A stretch of DNA of 64,000 nt from a virus: positions 49,104 to 113,103 of the IMG/VR virus record IMGVR_UViG_3300049460_000196, one strand, 5' to 3'. The position numbers and the translations under genes were made by a program. The notes beneath the pieces were generated by a model. It saw nothing but the letters and a program-made list of their open reading frames with translations, was not told the origin of the DNA and did no database searches. This document shows positions 35,710 through 46,387 of this stretch, piece by piece; within the stretch, counting starts at the first letter, position 1; each line of letters begins with the position of its first letter.

Positions 35710-36858
35710 TTACTGATATTTTTTCAACTGGCTCAGTGCGTACAGGAGCATGTCGTAGTGATCTTCGAAGAACTGGATGCGCGACAGCATGTGAACAGGA
35801 ACCCAGATTGCTTCTTTGGCGTCGTCACTGCCTTTTACTTTAGGCAGACCTTTGCCATCGCTTGGCAGCACGATGATTTGTGCAGTAGTGATGACGCGAC
35901 CACGGCGGGAACGGTTGACGGCGTCGAAGACTTTTTCTTCCTTGATGCAGCCGCGAATCAGTGCTTCGGGCAGCTTGATCTTGGTTTCTTCGAACAGTTC
36001 ACGGATGCCGCATTCGAGCATGCTTGCATCAGCTTTGATCAGCTCGCCCTTCTTGTTCGTGTAGGTCTTGGCGTTGACGAATCCGCCTGGGAATGCCAAC
36101 AGGTTTTTGCCTGGATTGGACTTACGGCGGATCAGCAGGACGTGACCATCTTTGAACACGATTGCGTCGCCGGTGTTGAACGTGATCGGATATGGCAGGT
36201 GCTCGAATTGCTTGCGATAGTCCCGGATGTACTTGGCTTCGTCAACCACGTATTGGTAGTTGGTCGAAGTCAGGAAGCGTTCCAGGAAACGCGCAGTTGC
36301 GCTTGGTACAACACCTTTGAACAGGTTCAGATTGCACTTCGGGCTGAAGTACAGTTCGCGGATAGTGGTTGCATCCAGGATTTCCACCAGCGGCATTTCG
36401 ATCGGCTCGCCCCACTGCGGGAACATCTTCAGGTAGAAGCTCGAATCGTCTTTGCTGTGGCCGATCAACTTCACGTTGTCGCCGAGCAGCAGCGGCTGAA
36501 CTTGTGCTGCGACGTCCATGCCCCAGCCTGCATTGCTGTAACGTTGGTTTTCTACAGAGATGAACTTCAGGCGGTCGTCCAGATCATCGACTGGAATGTT
36601 GCGAGCGATGCATGCGTCGTGGATGCTTTCGCGGATCACTTCCATGCGTTCGTCTTGCGTGAACGGATTGTCTTCGTCACGCGGTTCGTTCGCAGAACCC
36701 ACTGCCACGATCACACGGTAGGCCAGCGTCATGGCGTGCATGATCGTTTCCAGGTGTGCATTATGGAATGGTTGGAAGCGGCCAATGTAGATGACCGTGT
36801 CATACGCATATTTGATAGCCTGCGCAATAGGCTTGAGGGTTGGTGCTGCGGTTGTCAT
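35710..36858 (-). CDS. nadM: bifunctional NMN adenylyltransferase / Nudix hydrolase
   Basis: IGRFQPFHNAH, Nudix box PGGF...RELFEET, GSDDA and FFEDH motifs. Confidence 0.93.
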   Translation of the reverse strand: MTTAAPTLKPIAQAIKYAYDTVIYIGRFQPFHNAHLETIMHAMTLAYRVIVAVGSANEPRDEDNPFTQDERMEVIRESIHDACIARNIPVDDLDDRLKFISVENQRYSNAGWGMDVAAQVQPLLLGDNVKLIGHSKDDSSFYLKMFPQWGEPIEMPLVEILDATTIRELYFSPKCNLNLFKGVVPSATARFLERFLTSTNYQYVVDEAKYIRDYRKQFEHLPYPITFNTGDAIVFKDGHVLLIRRKSNPGKNLLAFPGGFVNAKTYTNKKGELIKADASMLECGIRELFEETKIKLPEALIRGCIKEEKVFDAVNRSRRGRVITTAQIIVLPSDGKGLPKVKGSDDAKEAIWVPVHMLSRIQFFEDHYDMLLYALSQLKKYQ

Positions 36859-36879
36859 GATAATTCCTATCAAGTTATG

Positions 36880-36902
36880 CTCAACTGGTCTATCCGGTCG
36901 AG
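36880..36902 (-). promoter_or_regulatory. GG-ATAGA-CC leader hairpin before nadM
   Basis: CTCGAC/GTTGAG lower stem. Confidence 0.55.
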
Positions 36903-36964
36903 GTACTACTGGTGGGTTTATTGCCACACCGTCATGCTACTGGCTTCAGGCCAGTTACGCAAGA

Positions 36965-37351
36965 TTACTTGGCAATTTGCTCGTCGAGTGCTGCGACTTG
37001 TGCAAGCAATGCCGTACGTTCTGTGATCAGTTTTTGGTTATCTGCTTCTTCAGCAGCACGGATGCGTTGAGCTTTGAGCTCTGGATCGTGTGCAATGACA
37101 GTAACTTCTCGCAGGACGATTTCCCCGCCGCTACCCCAGCTCCAGAAGTCTGGATGGGCGATAGCCATATAGATCACATCTTCCAGCATACCGGAAAACA
37201 GACCAATTTTGGTACCATTGTAGCCACGGTCATCACCCTCGCCAATGACTTCCCAGACGCCAATAGTGTCGAGTGGGATATGCGCGAGGTGCCGCTTAAA
37301 AAAGTTACCGCTGATGAAACTTTGAAGACGCTTGTGCGTGGTAATACTCAT
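36965..37351 (-). CDS. hypothetical protein, first gene of the NAD block
   Basis: 128 aa, preceded by the same hairpin (37381-37404). Confidence 0.65.
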   Translation of the reverse strand: MSITTHKRLQSFISGNFFKRHLAHIPLDTIGVWEVIGEGDDRGYNGTKIGLFSGMLEDVIYMAIAHPDFWSWGSGGEIVLREVTVIAHDPELKAQRIRAAEEADNQKLITERTALLAQVAALDEQIAK

Positions 37352-37544
37352 GATTAATATGAATCCCATATTAAAGTTGATAGCGTCGGGTCTATCCCTT
37401 GCTAGTTGTATTTAGGATACTGGCTTACCAGATAAAAGTCAAATACTTTATGACTAGTTAACCTACTTGTATATGTCAATAACCGCCGTGTATAGGACAA
37501 ATCTCAAATGAATAAATATTGAAAAATAATCCAGGTGCATTGAT

Positions 37545-37907
37545 ATGAGTTACACTCCTCTTAAGTTGATTGAAAATCTCACAGTTAAAGATATCAATCT
37601 CACTTCGTCCGTCACTATGACCACAACCGAAGACCCCGTTGTGGTTGACGAATTTCCGATTGGTACTTATCGATCAGCAAAATACGAAACCCAAGTCAGT
37701 GACGGGACCAATTTCCAAATATCCGAAATTAGAGTGTTACACGATGGAGCCCTCGCCTACATGACTGAGTACGGCGTGATCACGAACGCTTCCTTGATGG
37801 GGACGTTTGTGGTAACTATATCAAATGGATTATTGCAGTTGATGTTCACTCCGGTGGACGCATCAAGCAAAACCATCAAGATTGCTCGATCAACAATAAC
37901 AATCTAA
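37545..37907 (+). CDS. virion structural protein (related to C-terminus of next ORF)
   Basis: RSAKY...HDG domain shared with 37918..39450; TAAATA upstream. Confidence 0.7.
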   Translation: MSYTPLKLIENLTVKDINLTSSVTMTTTEDPVVVDEFPIGTYRSAKYETQVSDGTNFQISEIRVLHDGALAYMTEYGVITNASLMGTFVVTISNGLLQLMFTPVDASSKTIKIARSTITI

Positions 37908-37917
37908 AGGAAACGTT

Positions 37918-39450
37918 ATGTCGATCAATAAAGATCTCGTATTAAAAACCGGGCTTGCTCTCGGTACCACTATCACTAAAGTTAACGGAGTCGCGTTGAC
38001 CGACGGCCAATTACTTATTGGCAATTCTGCAACTGGCGCTATGTCAGTTGCCACTCTGGCATCATTAAATGGGGCATCCATCACGAACGGCAATGGCACC
38101 ATTTCGGTGTCCACGAATGCTACCAATCTCAATACAGTTTCAACCATTGTTGCCCGTGATGGCTCTGGTAATTTCTCTGCTGGTACAATTACCGCTGCAC
38201 TGACTGGTAATGCTACCTCGGCAACCACAGCAGCGGCACTCACAACCGCCCGCACAATTAATGGTACGGCATTTGACGGTACTGCCAATATCACATTTAC
38301 GACTGATGCTACCGCCGAGGGTACCACGAACAAATACTACTTGGATTCGCGTGCGCGTGCTGCAATCTCTGTATCGGGTTCGTTGGCGTACAACTCGTCC
38401 ACTGGTGTGCTTTCATACACCACACCAGTAACCACGGTGTTTGGACGTACTGGTGCGATTGTGATGTCGTCAAGTGATGTTACCACGGCACTGGGCTATA
38501 CTCCAGTGAATGCCGCTTTGTTGGGTGCAAACAGTGGTGTCGCAACGCTTGATAGTACGGGCAAATTGACGACTAGCCAGATGCCAGCCGCATTGGTTGG
38601 TGCTGTGGTTTATCAAGGTACATGGAATGCAAATACCAACACACCAACTCTTGCGAGTGGTACTGGCACGAAAGGTCAGTATTACAAGGTATCGGTTGCG
38701 GGCTCTACCAGCATCGATGGTATCACGAACTGGCAAGTCAACGATTCCATTATCTTCGATGGTACAACTTGGGACAAACTCGATGGTGATACGAATGAAG
38801 TATATTCCTTCAACACTCGTACGGGCGCAGTAACTCTGACCTCTGGTGATGTCACCACAGCTCTGGGTTTCACACCATACAATTCAACCAACCCATCGAA
38901 CTTCATCACCTCAGCTGGCGCACCTGTTCAAACTGTTGCGGGTCGTACTGGCGCTGTAGTTCTTGCCAATACTGATATCTCGGGGTTGGGTACAATGTCA
39001 ACCCATAATGCAACCGCAATTGCTGTTACGGGCGGTACAATCAATGGTACGACTATTGGTGCCACTACGCCATCAACAGGTGCGTTTACGACATTAGCAG
39101 TTATTTCACAAACCCTGAACAGTGTCGCTGCCAAAGCTGCATCGTCAACTGCGGTAACAACCACCTCTGCCACTGCGGTTGATTCATGGCCAGTAGCTTC
39201 GTTCCGCTCAGCTAAGTATGTGATTCAGGTTACGGATACAACAAACTCTGCCTATGAAGCAATCGAGATGTTGGTCATCCATGATGGTACCAACGTGCAT
39301 GCTGTGACTTATGGCGACGTATTCACTGGTGCTGCTTCGATGGGGACATTCGATGCCACCATCTCGGCTGGTACTCTGACGCTCACATTTACTGCTCTGG
39401 TGGCATCAACCAAAGCCGTTAAGGTGAGTCGAGACGCGATCGCGGTTTAA
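37918..39450 (+). CDS. tail fibre-like structural protein
   Basis: Thr/Gly/Ala-rich, GRTGAV repeats, RDGSGNFSAGTIT. Confidence 0.8.
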   Translation: MSINKDLVLKTGLALGTTITKVNGVALTDGQLLIGNSATGAMSVATLASLNGASITNGNGTISVSTNATNLNTVSTIVARDGSGNFSAGTITAALTGNATSATTAAALTTARTINGTAFDGTANITFTTDATAEGTTNKYYLDSRARAAISVSGSLAYNSSTGVLSYTTPVTTVFGRTGAIVMSSSDVTTALGYTPVNAALLGANSGVATLDSTGKLTTSQMPAALVGAVVYQGTWNANTNTPTLASGTGTKGQYYKVSVAGSTSIDGITNWQVNDSIIFDGTTWDKLDGDTNEVYSFNTRTGAVTLTSGDVTTALGFTPYNSTNPSNFITSAGAPVQTVAGRTGAVVLANTDISGLGTMSTHNATAIAVTGGTINGTTIGATTPSTGAFTTLAVISQTLNSVAAKAASSTAVTTTSATAVDSWPVASFRSAKYVIQVTDTTNSAYEAIEMLVIHDGTNVHAVTYGDVFTGAASMGTFDATISAGTLTLTFTALVASTKAVKVSRDAIAV

Positions 39451-39511
39451 GCCCTCGGTAATGTAATCAAGGGGAGCCGTGCTCCCCTTCTTTGATGGAT
39501 AGTGAAATCAA

Positions 39512-40444
39512 ATGGCAACAAATAAAGACTTCTTGGTGAAAAATGGCCTGACGTTAGGTGGCACAATCACTAAGGTAAATGGGGCGGCTCCCACTAATGG
39601 CCAACTCTTGATTGGTAATACCACCAATTCAAATTTCTCAGTTGGTACACTTACGGTATCAAACGGAGTACTGATTGTCAATGGTGCAGGCACTATTAGT
39701 CTCAGTACCAATGCAACTTCTAATAATACTGCTTCAACTATTGTATCTCGTGATGCCACTGGGAACTTTTCGGCTGGCACGATCACCGCTGCATTGTCAG
39801 GTAATGCGTCGACGGCAACCAAATTACAAGTTAGTCGAAATATGTCTATAACTGGCGATATTGTCCCAGTATCTAACCAAGTTGATTGGAGCACTGACTA
39901 CGTCTTCGATTTACAATTGACTGCTACTGGTGTGGCTGCGGGTACATACAATACGGTAACCCTTGATACCTCGGGCCGGGCAACTGCCGCACAGAATGCC
40001 AATGGAACAGTGGCACAAAAAATTATTGGCGAAGTCGCACAGGTATCAGGCACCAGTCAGATCGCATATGGTAATACTGCACCGGTATCTACCGCAGGCA
40101 CACAGATATGGTCTCAAGCATTTACGCCAAAGTCGGCGACCTCTGATATCGCAATTGAGTTTTCTGGGTTTGTTGACTCAGGTACCAACAATCGCTATGT
40201 GACGCTTACCTGCTTCCGTGGTACAACCTTAATTGGGCTTACTTCTGCATATATCGCATCTACCAATAGTCCCAATGCGGTTTGTTTGCGATTGATGGAT
40301 AATCCAAATACCACATCCAGTGTTACCTATTCTATGCGGATAGGCATATCAACATCTGGCAATACTTGGTATTTGGGTAAAAGTCAGGGCGCCACCTTTG
40401 GTGGTACTAATTGGTCTGGTTGGAGTATTACGGAGATTTATTGA
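39512..40444 (+). CDS. tail fibre-like protein
   Basis: N-terminal ~110 aa paralogous to 37918..39450. Confidence 0.8.
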   Translation: MATNKDFLVKNGLTLGGTITKVNGAAPTNGQLLIGNTTNSNFSVGTLTVSNGVLIVNGAGTISLSTNATSNNTASTIVSRDATGNFSAGTITAALSGNASTATKLQVSRNMSITGDIVPVSNQVDWSTDYVFDLQLTATGVAAGTYNTVTLDTSGRATAAQNANGTVAQKIIGEVAQVSGTSQIAYGNTAPVSTAGTQIWSQAFTPKSATSDIAIEFSGFVDSGTNNRYVTLTCFRGTTLIGLTSAYIASTNSPNAVCLRLMDNPNTTSSVTYSMRIGISTSGNTWYLGKSQGATFGGTNWSGWSITEIY

Positions 40445-40941
40445 TGGATTACATTTTAACACTTAGTCGCAAATTCCCTAACGTTCAAGCAACATGCTTT
40501 GGGGATCCTGAAACATACGATCATATCATTTGGGAAGATGGCGATCCGCTTCCATCTGAAGAAGTCATGCAGACTGCTTGGCTCCAGGTAATGAAGGATC
40601 TCATGTGGGAATCAATCAAAGGCGAACGCGATCGCCGTAAAGCGGGTGGCGTGAAAGTTGGCAACTATTGGTTCCACTCAGACGATACCTCTCGTATTCA
40701 ACAAATAGCATTGGTCATGTTGGGCGCCAACATTCCCGCAGGCTTGCAATGGAAAACCATGGATGGCACATTCACCACCATGACGCAAACACTGGCGGGA
40801 CAAATCTTCGGAGCAATCGTTATGAGTGACCAGAATGTTTTCGCAATTGCGGAACAAAAGAAAGCAGCTATGGAAACTCTTGAAGATCCATTGTCGTATG
40901 ACTATTTGTCTGACTGGCCCATTATTTACGGCGAGCAATAA
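40444..40941 (+). CDS. DUF4376-like tail fibre-associated protein
   Basis: ERDRRKAGGVKVGNYWFHSD...WKTMDGTF. Confidence 0.75.
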   Translation: MDYILTLSRKFPNVQATCFGDPETYDHIIWEDGDPLPSEEVMQTAWLQVMKDLMWESIKGERDRRKAGGVKVGNYWFHSDDTSRIQQIALVMLGANIPAGLQWKTMDGTFTTMTQTLAGQIFGAIVMSDQNVFAIAEQKKAAMETLEDPLSYDYLSDWPIIYGEQ

Positions 40942-40970
40942 ATACTAAAATTAACCATTTGAGGTGACTC

Positions 40971-41588
40971 ATGTTTTATAAAATAGTATCGTTTTTTGCC
41001 AAGATCATTGGCAAAATCAACTGGGGTGGCAATCGATACAAGATGACCAACGCCGAACTTGAACTGATCCGTAATATGTTGAAAGACAATTACTACATCA
41101 TTTTGACTCGCCACGATGGTCACCTGTCAACCTATGCCATCTCTTTGGCACACAAGTACCTGACTGGTAACTGGGGTCATTACGCTCACGCACTTATGAA
41201 TCTGGAAGGCAATGATGTATCTGCCGACTCAGATTATCGCTTCATTGAAGCTACGGGCAAAGGCGTTCATTACTCGTACTTCATGGATGTATTTGATTGC
41301 GACTCCGTGGCATTGCTGAAGCCAAAGAGTATGACTATCGAACGTTGGAGTATTGTGATGGAAAAATTGAAGGACAACTTAGGTAAGCCATATGACACCA
41401 TGTTTGACTTGGCAGACGAATCCAAGATGTCATGTGTTGAATTGATCCGTAGCGCACTCATGAGTGAGCCCAACTACGCGGTCGACTATGCAAACTTCGA
41501 GGCAATGATCCAGAAGAGCAGTAACTTGGATCCAAATATGTTCTACGAATGTCCTGACTTCGAGCTTGTTTGGGAGTCACGCCACTAA
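40971..41588 (+). CDS. permuted papain-like (YiiX/YaeF NlpC/P60) enzyme
   Basis: His motif HYAHAL precedes LGKPYD...SCVELI. Confidence 0.75.
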   Translation: MFYKIVSFFAKIIGKINWGGNRYKMTNAELELIRNMLKDNYYIILTRHDGHLSTYAISLAHKYLTGNWGHYAHALMNLEGNDVSADSDYRFIEATGKGVHYSYFMDVFDCDSVALLKPKSMTIERWSIVMEKLKDNLGKPYDTMFDLADESKMSCVELIRSALMSEPNYAVDYANFEAMIQKSSNLDPNMFYECPDFELVWESRH

Positions 41589-41612
41589 TAATAAAGCCCG
41601 GAATTCCGGGCT

Positions 41613-42557
41613 TTATGCTGGGATCTTACCAACCACACATATGATGTAATTCATCGCCATATATGGTGGCAAAACAGCGGGCATCGTCACACTGACGGGC
41701 ACATTGATAGGTTGTGACGAACCGGTACTGACGATGGTTGGAGCACCACCCGTAAATTGGACGCTTTCGTCAAAAGGCTTTAATGTGGCATTCGCAGCGT
41801 TGGTGCTATATATTCTATTTGCTGGACCGGCAGCAGACGCTAATACCAAGGTATTGTTGGGACTTAGATCTGTGGCTGAGCCAGTATTTACTGGTATGTG
41901 GATGGTAACCGTGCCAGTAAGTGTCCCAGCCAAAGCATTGTGAGTATGTGATGGTAATTGCGAGGGATCGGTCAGTGTGAAGGTACTCGTTGAATTCAAT
42001 GTGGTGCTATTGGTGCCACCAATTGATCCGAACGTATAGGTATCAAGTGGCCCCGTTCCTTGTTGGATTACAACTCGACCACGGAGATCTGGTAATGAAA
42101 ATGTAGTTATACCATCTCCACCAAATTGGTTTCCGATCACATTGAATAGAGCTGAATGGTCATTGATCAGTAGTGATTGACCTTGGCACAGCATCCAGTT
42201 GGTAGGAGCAAAATTAAAGGCAATTGCCTTCATTTCCCCAATAAAACTGACAGCATTGAGTGCTTGATCGACATATGACTTGGTGGACGCATGTAGGGGT
42301 GCGGTTGGTAGGCCGCTTAAGGTAAGCGAGCCTGTCATGGTGTCGCCAGCCCGGTTGACAGGAATCAAATTTAAGGCCGTGGTTATGGTTGTGAAATTTA
42401 ACTCGGTTAGCTCAACTATTGATTGATTTCCATCGTCCTTGATGAAAAACATCTTGCCGTCATACGTATTGATAGCTACTTCGCCAAGATGCAAATCGCT
42501 CAATACTGGTTTTTTGTTTTGAACAGCTGACTTCTTTAATACAATACGTATAGCCAT
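41613..42557 (-). CDS. phage tail collar domain protein
   Basis: IGEMKAIAFNFAPTNWMLCQGQ...FSLPDLRGRV and PPYMAMNYII. Confidence 0.88.
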   Translation of the reverse strand: MAIRIVLKKSAVQNKKPVLSDLHLGEVAINTYDGKMFFIKDDGNQSIVELTELNFTTITTALNLIPVNRAGDTMTGSLTLSGLPTAPLHASTKSYVDQALNAVSFIGEMKAIAFNFAPTNWMLCQGQSLLINDHSALFNVIGNQFGGDGITTFSLPDLRGRVVIQQGTGPLDTYTFGSIGGTNSTTLNSTSTFTLTDPSQLPSHTHNALAGTLTGTVTIHIPVNTGSATDLSPNNTLVLASAAGPANRIYSTNAANATLKPFDESVQFTGGAPTIVSTGSSQPINVPVSVTMPAVLPPYMAMNYIICVVGKIPA

Positions 42558-42568
42558 ATATTACCTCG

Positions 42569-43057
42569 TTAAATGCAATGCCACCCATCCCCAAATACTA
42601 GTGTGATACTATATCGTGGTGTCGAGACCACATATGTGGTCTCGCCATCAATTGTCTCGCTGCCATAAGGATGCAATGTGATGGTTTTTGTCTCTGAGAC
42701 ATTGCCACCCTCGTCCTTGATCACGAAACTTTTATTCTCTATACCTGGTGGCAAGTAGATATCCACCGAACCGTTACGATTGACACCCAGGTAATATTGT
42801 TGATTAGTAGCAGTGAATTCGGCGGTGGTAATTACGGTACGATTCAAGGAAACGTTTCCTTGTTCAAGCCATACACCAGAACGCATTTGAAATAAACTGG
42901 GCGAAGATCCATAGCGAATAAAGAGATCGCCATCGTTGCCTGACACTGAATCCTCATCGGGATTACCTGTTCCTTGACGGATTGTTGGGCCGACTTGTCC
43001 TATACGGAAATAGGGCATGATCGTGCCTGCCAATCTCTGAAATACTGATAAACCCAT
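42569..43057 (-). CDS. putative virion structural protein
   Basis: 162 aa, VIKDEGG...ETIDG segment. Confidence 0.65.
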   Translation of the reverse strand: MGLSVFQRLAGTIMPYFRIGQVGPTIRQGTGNPDEDSVSGNDGDLFIRYGSSPSLFQMRSGVWLEQGNVSLNRTVITTAEFTATNQQYYLGVNRNGSVDIYLPPGIENKSFVIKDEGGNVSETKTITLHPYGSETIDGETTYVVSTPRYSITLVFGDGWHCI

Positions 43058-43235
43058 TTACACCCTCGTCATGTTCTTGTTGTTGGTCGTGATACCTTTT
43101 GTGACATTTTAATAACATCCGCGCAACATATCAAAATGATATGGCGAAAAATCGACTTTGGTATTTATGAAACATGGAACCTCAAAATATTCACCTGCAC
43201 GCTAAATACGTTTGTTCACTTCCTGAGGTCTTCCC

Positions 43236-44459
43236 ATGTTCATTATTCCTATCCTGGTCATGTTGGTGGCCAGTTATATTGGATACCGTCTGTACCAATC
43301 ACATCTGCAAGATAGTATTCATCCACCAACCAAACCCGAAATCCCAAACGTACCATTTGACAAGTCAGTCAAAGTTCAATTCATCCTCAAACAACGCGAA
43401 ACACTCTACGTTGATGAAAAAGAAGGTGATGGTAACTATTCATACGGCGTGCTGCACTCTGGTCTCTACAACAGTGCCAAGTTCATGAACGATATGCTGC
43501 TTGACCAAGGTTATCAGTCTGAAATCATTCACGTATTCGATAACAGTTTTATCGATCGCGAAGTAACACGTTTCCGCCCAAACATTGTCGTCATTGAAGC
43601 CTTCTGGGTGGTTCCAGAAAAGTTCGATGTGCTGGTCAAACTGCATCCGAAAGTTAAATTCATCATTCGCAATCATAGCAAGACTCCATTCTTGGCAAAT
43701 GAGGGCATCGCGTTTGACTGGATCATGCGTTACAGCAATACGCCAAACGTCTACGTGAGTTCCAACTCACTCGACACAAACGAAGAAGTAATCGAGCTGC
43801 TCCACAGCATGCACGGCGATTGGTCATACGAAGATGCCGCTGCTCGTTGCCCATTCCTGCCAAACTATTATCCAGTTGAATTCAACACCAAGTTGCATGA
43901 AGAACGTATCAAGACCCCAGGTGTTATCAACATTGGTTGCTTCGGTGCCATTCGTCCATTGAAGAATCAGATGATTCAAGCAATCGCGGCAATCGCATTT
44001 GCGGAACGTCATAGCTTGAAATTGCGTTTCCACATTAATGGCAACCGTATCGAAGGCAATGGCAATCAAGTTCTGAAAAATCTGCGTAATCTGTTCAGCC
44101 ACCTGGAACATGAACTGGTTGAAAACGCATGGATGCCACATGACAAGTTCATGACTCTGGTGGCAAGCATGGATATGGGCATGCAAGTCAGCTATACGGA
44201 GACATTTAATATCGTGGCTGCTGATATGATTGCTCAAGGTGTGCCTGTTGTGGTGAGCAAGGAAATTGATTGGGTTGATCCACAATTCTATGCTGATCCA
44301 AATAGCTGCGATGATATCGTGCGAGTAATGGATCATATCTTTGAATGTGCGCAAACACAGGATAGTTTCAAGATGCTCAAGAGCACATTTGATAACATTC
44401 ACTACTACGACGAAAAGACCATCTATCATTGGAAGACAATGATAGAACAGTTGAAATAA
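43236..44459 (+). CDS. GT-B glycosyltransferase with N-terminal membrane anchor
   Basis: FGAIRPLKNQ and SYTETFNIVAAD motifs. Confidence 0.75.
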   Translation: MFIIPILVMLVASYIGYRLYQSHLQDSIHPPTKPEIPNVPFDKSVKVQFILKQRETLYVDEKEGDGNYSYGVLHSGLYNSAKFMNDMLLDQGYQSEIIHVFDNSFIDREVTRFRPNIVVIEAFWVVPEKFDVLVKLHPKVKFIIRNHSKTPFLANEGIAFDWIMRYSNTPNVYVSSNSLDTNEEVIELLHSMHGDWSYEDAAARCPFLPNYYPVEFNTKLHEERIKTPGVINIGCFGAIRPLKNQMIQAIAAIAFAERHSLKLRFHINGNRIEGNGNQVLKNLRNLFSHLEHELVENAWMPHDKFMTLVASMDMGMQVSYTETFNIVAADMIAQGVPVVVSKEIDWVDPQFYADPNSCDDIVRVMDHIFECAQTQDSFKMLKSTFDNIHYYDEKTIYHWKTMIEQLK

Positions 44460-44561
44460 AAAACAGGGGGAGCATCTGCTCCCCTTATTCATACAGGTTA
44501 ACTTAGTTGTTCATCTGTTAGAAACTCAGATAAATATTGGTCTCTAACATAGGAGACATTT

Positions 44562-46376
44562 ATGGCTAATACAAAGAATTTTGGATTAGACGGCGTTGCT
44601 TCATCCTTGCAATTGGGCAAGGGTGGCCAGCATGTGGTCAGCGAGGGTGGTAAGATTTCCGCCAAGTCTGCTGATGGCACAACTCTGGTTAACGTGCAAG
44701 CTGCTGATCCAGTAGCACCTAGCGACGTAGTCACCAAGCAGGTCCTCGATGCAGTTGATGGTGCTGCAATCAAACTCGGTAACCCTACCGATGCAAGTCT
44801 GGCTGATGGCGCAGTGCCACTCACCAGCACAACAACCGTGGTTAATGCGGTTGATCAACTGAACGAAATCTTGGGTAAACTCGTTCCAGTAGCACCAACT
44901 AACTTCCCTGCTGGTCAAACACTGACTGTTACTAGCGTGGGTACTACACCATTGCTGGCTTCTGGTTCAGTTCCAGATAATACTTCAGGTGGCACTTTGC
45001 CTGTTGTGGCTGGTGCTTCGGTCACTCGTATTACTGCTGCTACTGTTTCGTCGAACGTAATTGGCGACAACGGTACAACTGGTTTCGTGGGTCCAGGTGA
45101 CTCCGGTACCCTGCAAGCTTTGGTAAACAATGCCGTTGCTGATTCACAAGTTATGGCAACTGGCTCACAAAACAAGTCAGGTGTTCTGACCATCAGTAAT
45201 GATCAAGCATATCCACTGGCAACTCCTGGTTTCTGGGAGAGCTTCCGTGCGCAAGTCGCAGGTGCTGCTGCAACTCAAGGTTGGAACCGCATCAAGTTGA
45301 ATCACACTGGTGCCGGTGCAACCAACGATGTGTACTTTGTTCGTGACAACATTACCGCCAACCCAGTAGTATCGGCTGGTACCGTTGTTGAAGGCACGGC
45401 TGGTACATTGGCTTACTCGTCAGGTGTTCCACACTATGGCACAGGCGCAAGTTTGACAATTGGTTTCACTGCATCGAATCTGGCTGGTGAGACTTACAAG
45501 AGTGGCACAATCTTGTCGACAGCGCCAACAACCGCTGGCGCATTCACAACCGTTAATTATGCTGCTGGTTCGGGTGGTCTGCCTGCAATCCTGGCTCGTC
45601 AAACTACTTCGTTCACCGCATCTGGTTTGTCATTGCCAATCGATGGTACCAACTTCCACAACACTACCCAAGTTTCGGCTTTGGCAAGCAATGTGAACGG
45701 TACAGGTTCGACCACTATTGGTCCAATCGTACTGGTTAAACGTGGTACAACTAGTCGTGTTGACGAACTGTCCTTCCCAGTATCGATTGCTGTCAACGGT
45801 GGCGTCACTGGTAACGGTTTCCGCGTCGTAATGGGCAACAATGATAATCCGGCTGACGACAAGTCCGGTTTGACTGCCACTGACTGGATCCAAGCAAATG
45901 CGATTTCAGCATGGGATGCAACTGTAGTGGGCGGTGTTCTGAAAAATGACACCACGAACTACACAACTGGTTATCTGCCAGTTGGTCCTAACCTGTCAAC
46001 CCAAAATGCAAGTCAGTACATCACTATCGCCGTGCGTCGTACTGCTGTGTCGAAGTTTGATATCGCGGTAACTGGTTCATATGCGGGTATGTGGGTTAAA
46101 CTGCCAGGCGTAACTGATAGCAAGACTACAAGTGCAAATGGTTGGTACTCGATGTCAACTCTGTACGGTGGTGCTGGTTTCCCAGGTGATACTGGTGGTG
46201 CTAACGGTTCGTTGGGTTGCGCTTTGGGTGCGGTTGCAAGCGGTAGTGGTTCGTTCACTTGCACATTCGGTACTCTGAGTTCCACCTCATCCGCAAATAA
46301 CCTGATCTTGGTTCGCATCAAGCTGAACGCTGGTCAGAGTATTTCGGCATTGAGCTTTGTTCCAGCCACACGCTAA
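44562..46376 (+). CDS. virion structural protein
   Basis: 604 aa, G/T/S-rich, TAAATA and AGGAG upstream. Confidence 0.75.
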   Translation: MANTKNFGLDGVASSLQLGKGGQHVVSEGGKISAKSADGTTLVNVQAADPVAPSDVVTKQVLDAVDGAAIKLGNPTDASLADGAVPLTSTTTVVNAVDQLNEILGKLVPVAPTNFPAGQTLTVTSVGTTPLLASGSVPDNTSGGTLPVVAGASVTRITAATVSSNVIGDNGTTGFVGPGDSGTLQALVNNAVADSQVMATGSQNKSGVLTISNDQAYPLATPGFWESFRAQVAGAAATQGWNRIKLNHTGAGATNDVYFVRDNITANPVVSAGTVVEGTAGTLAYSSGVPHYGTGASLTIGFTASNLAGETYKSGTILSTAPTTAGAFTTVNYAAGSGGLPAILARQTTSFTASGLSLPIDGTNFHNTTQVSALASNVNGTGSTTIGPIVLVKRGTTSRVDELSFPVSIAVNGGVTGNGFRVVMGNNDNPADDKSGLTATDWIQANAISAWDATVVGGVLKNDTTNYTTGYLPVGPNLSTQNASQYITIAVRRTAVSKFDIAVTGSYAGMWVKLPGVTDSKTTSANGWYSMSTLYGGAGFPGDTGGANGSLGCALGAVASGSGSFTCTFGTLSSTSSANNLILVRIKLNAGQSISALSFVPATR

Positions 46377-46387
46377 GGAGATAATAT

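Noticed and set aside
33754-37026. Long + strand ORFs of 622 and 422 aa
   Set aside because: Antisense shadows of the strongly codon-biased nadV and nadM; no recognisable motifs
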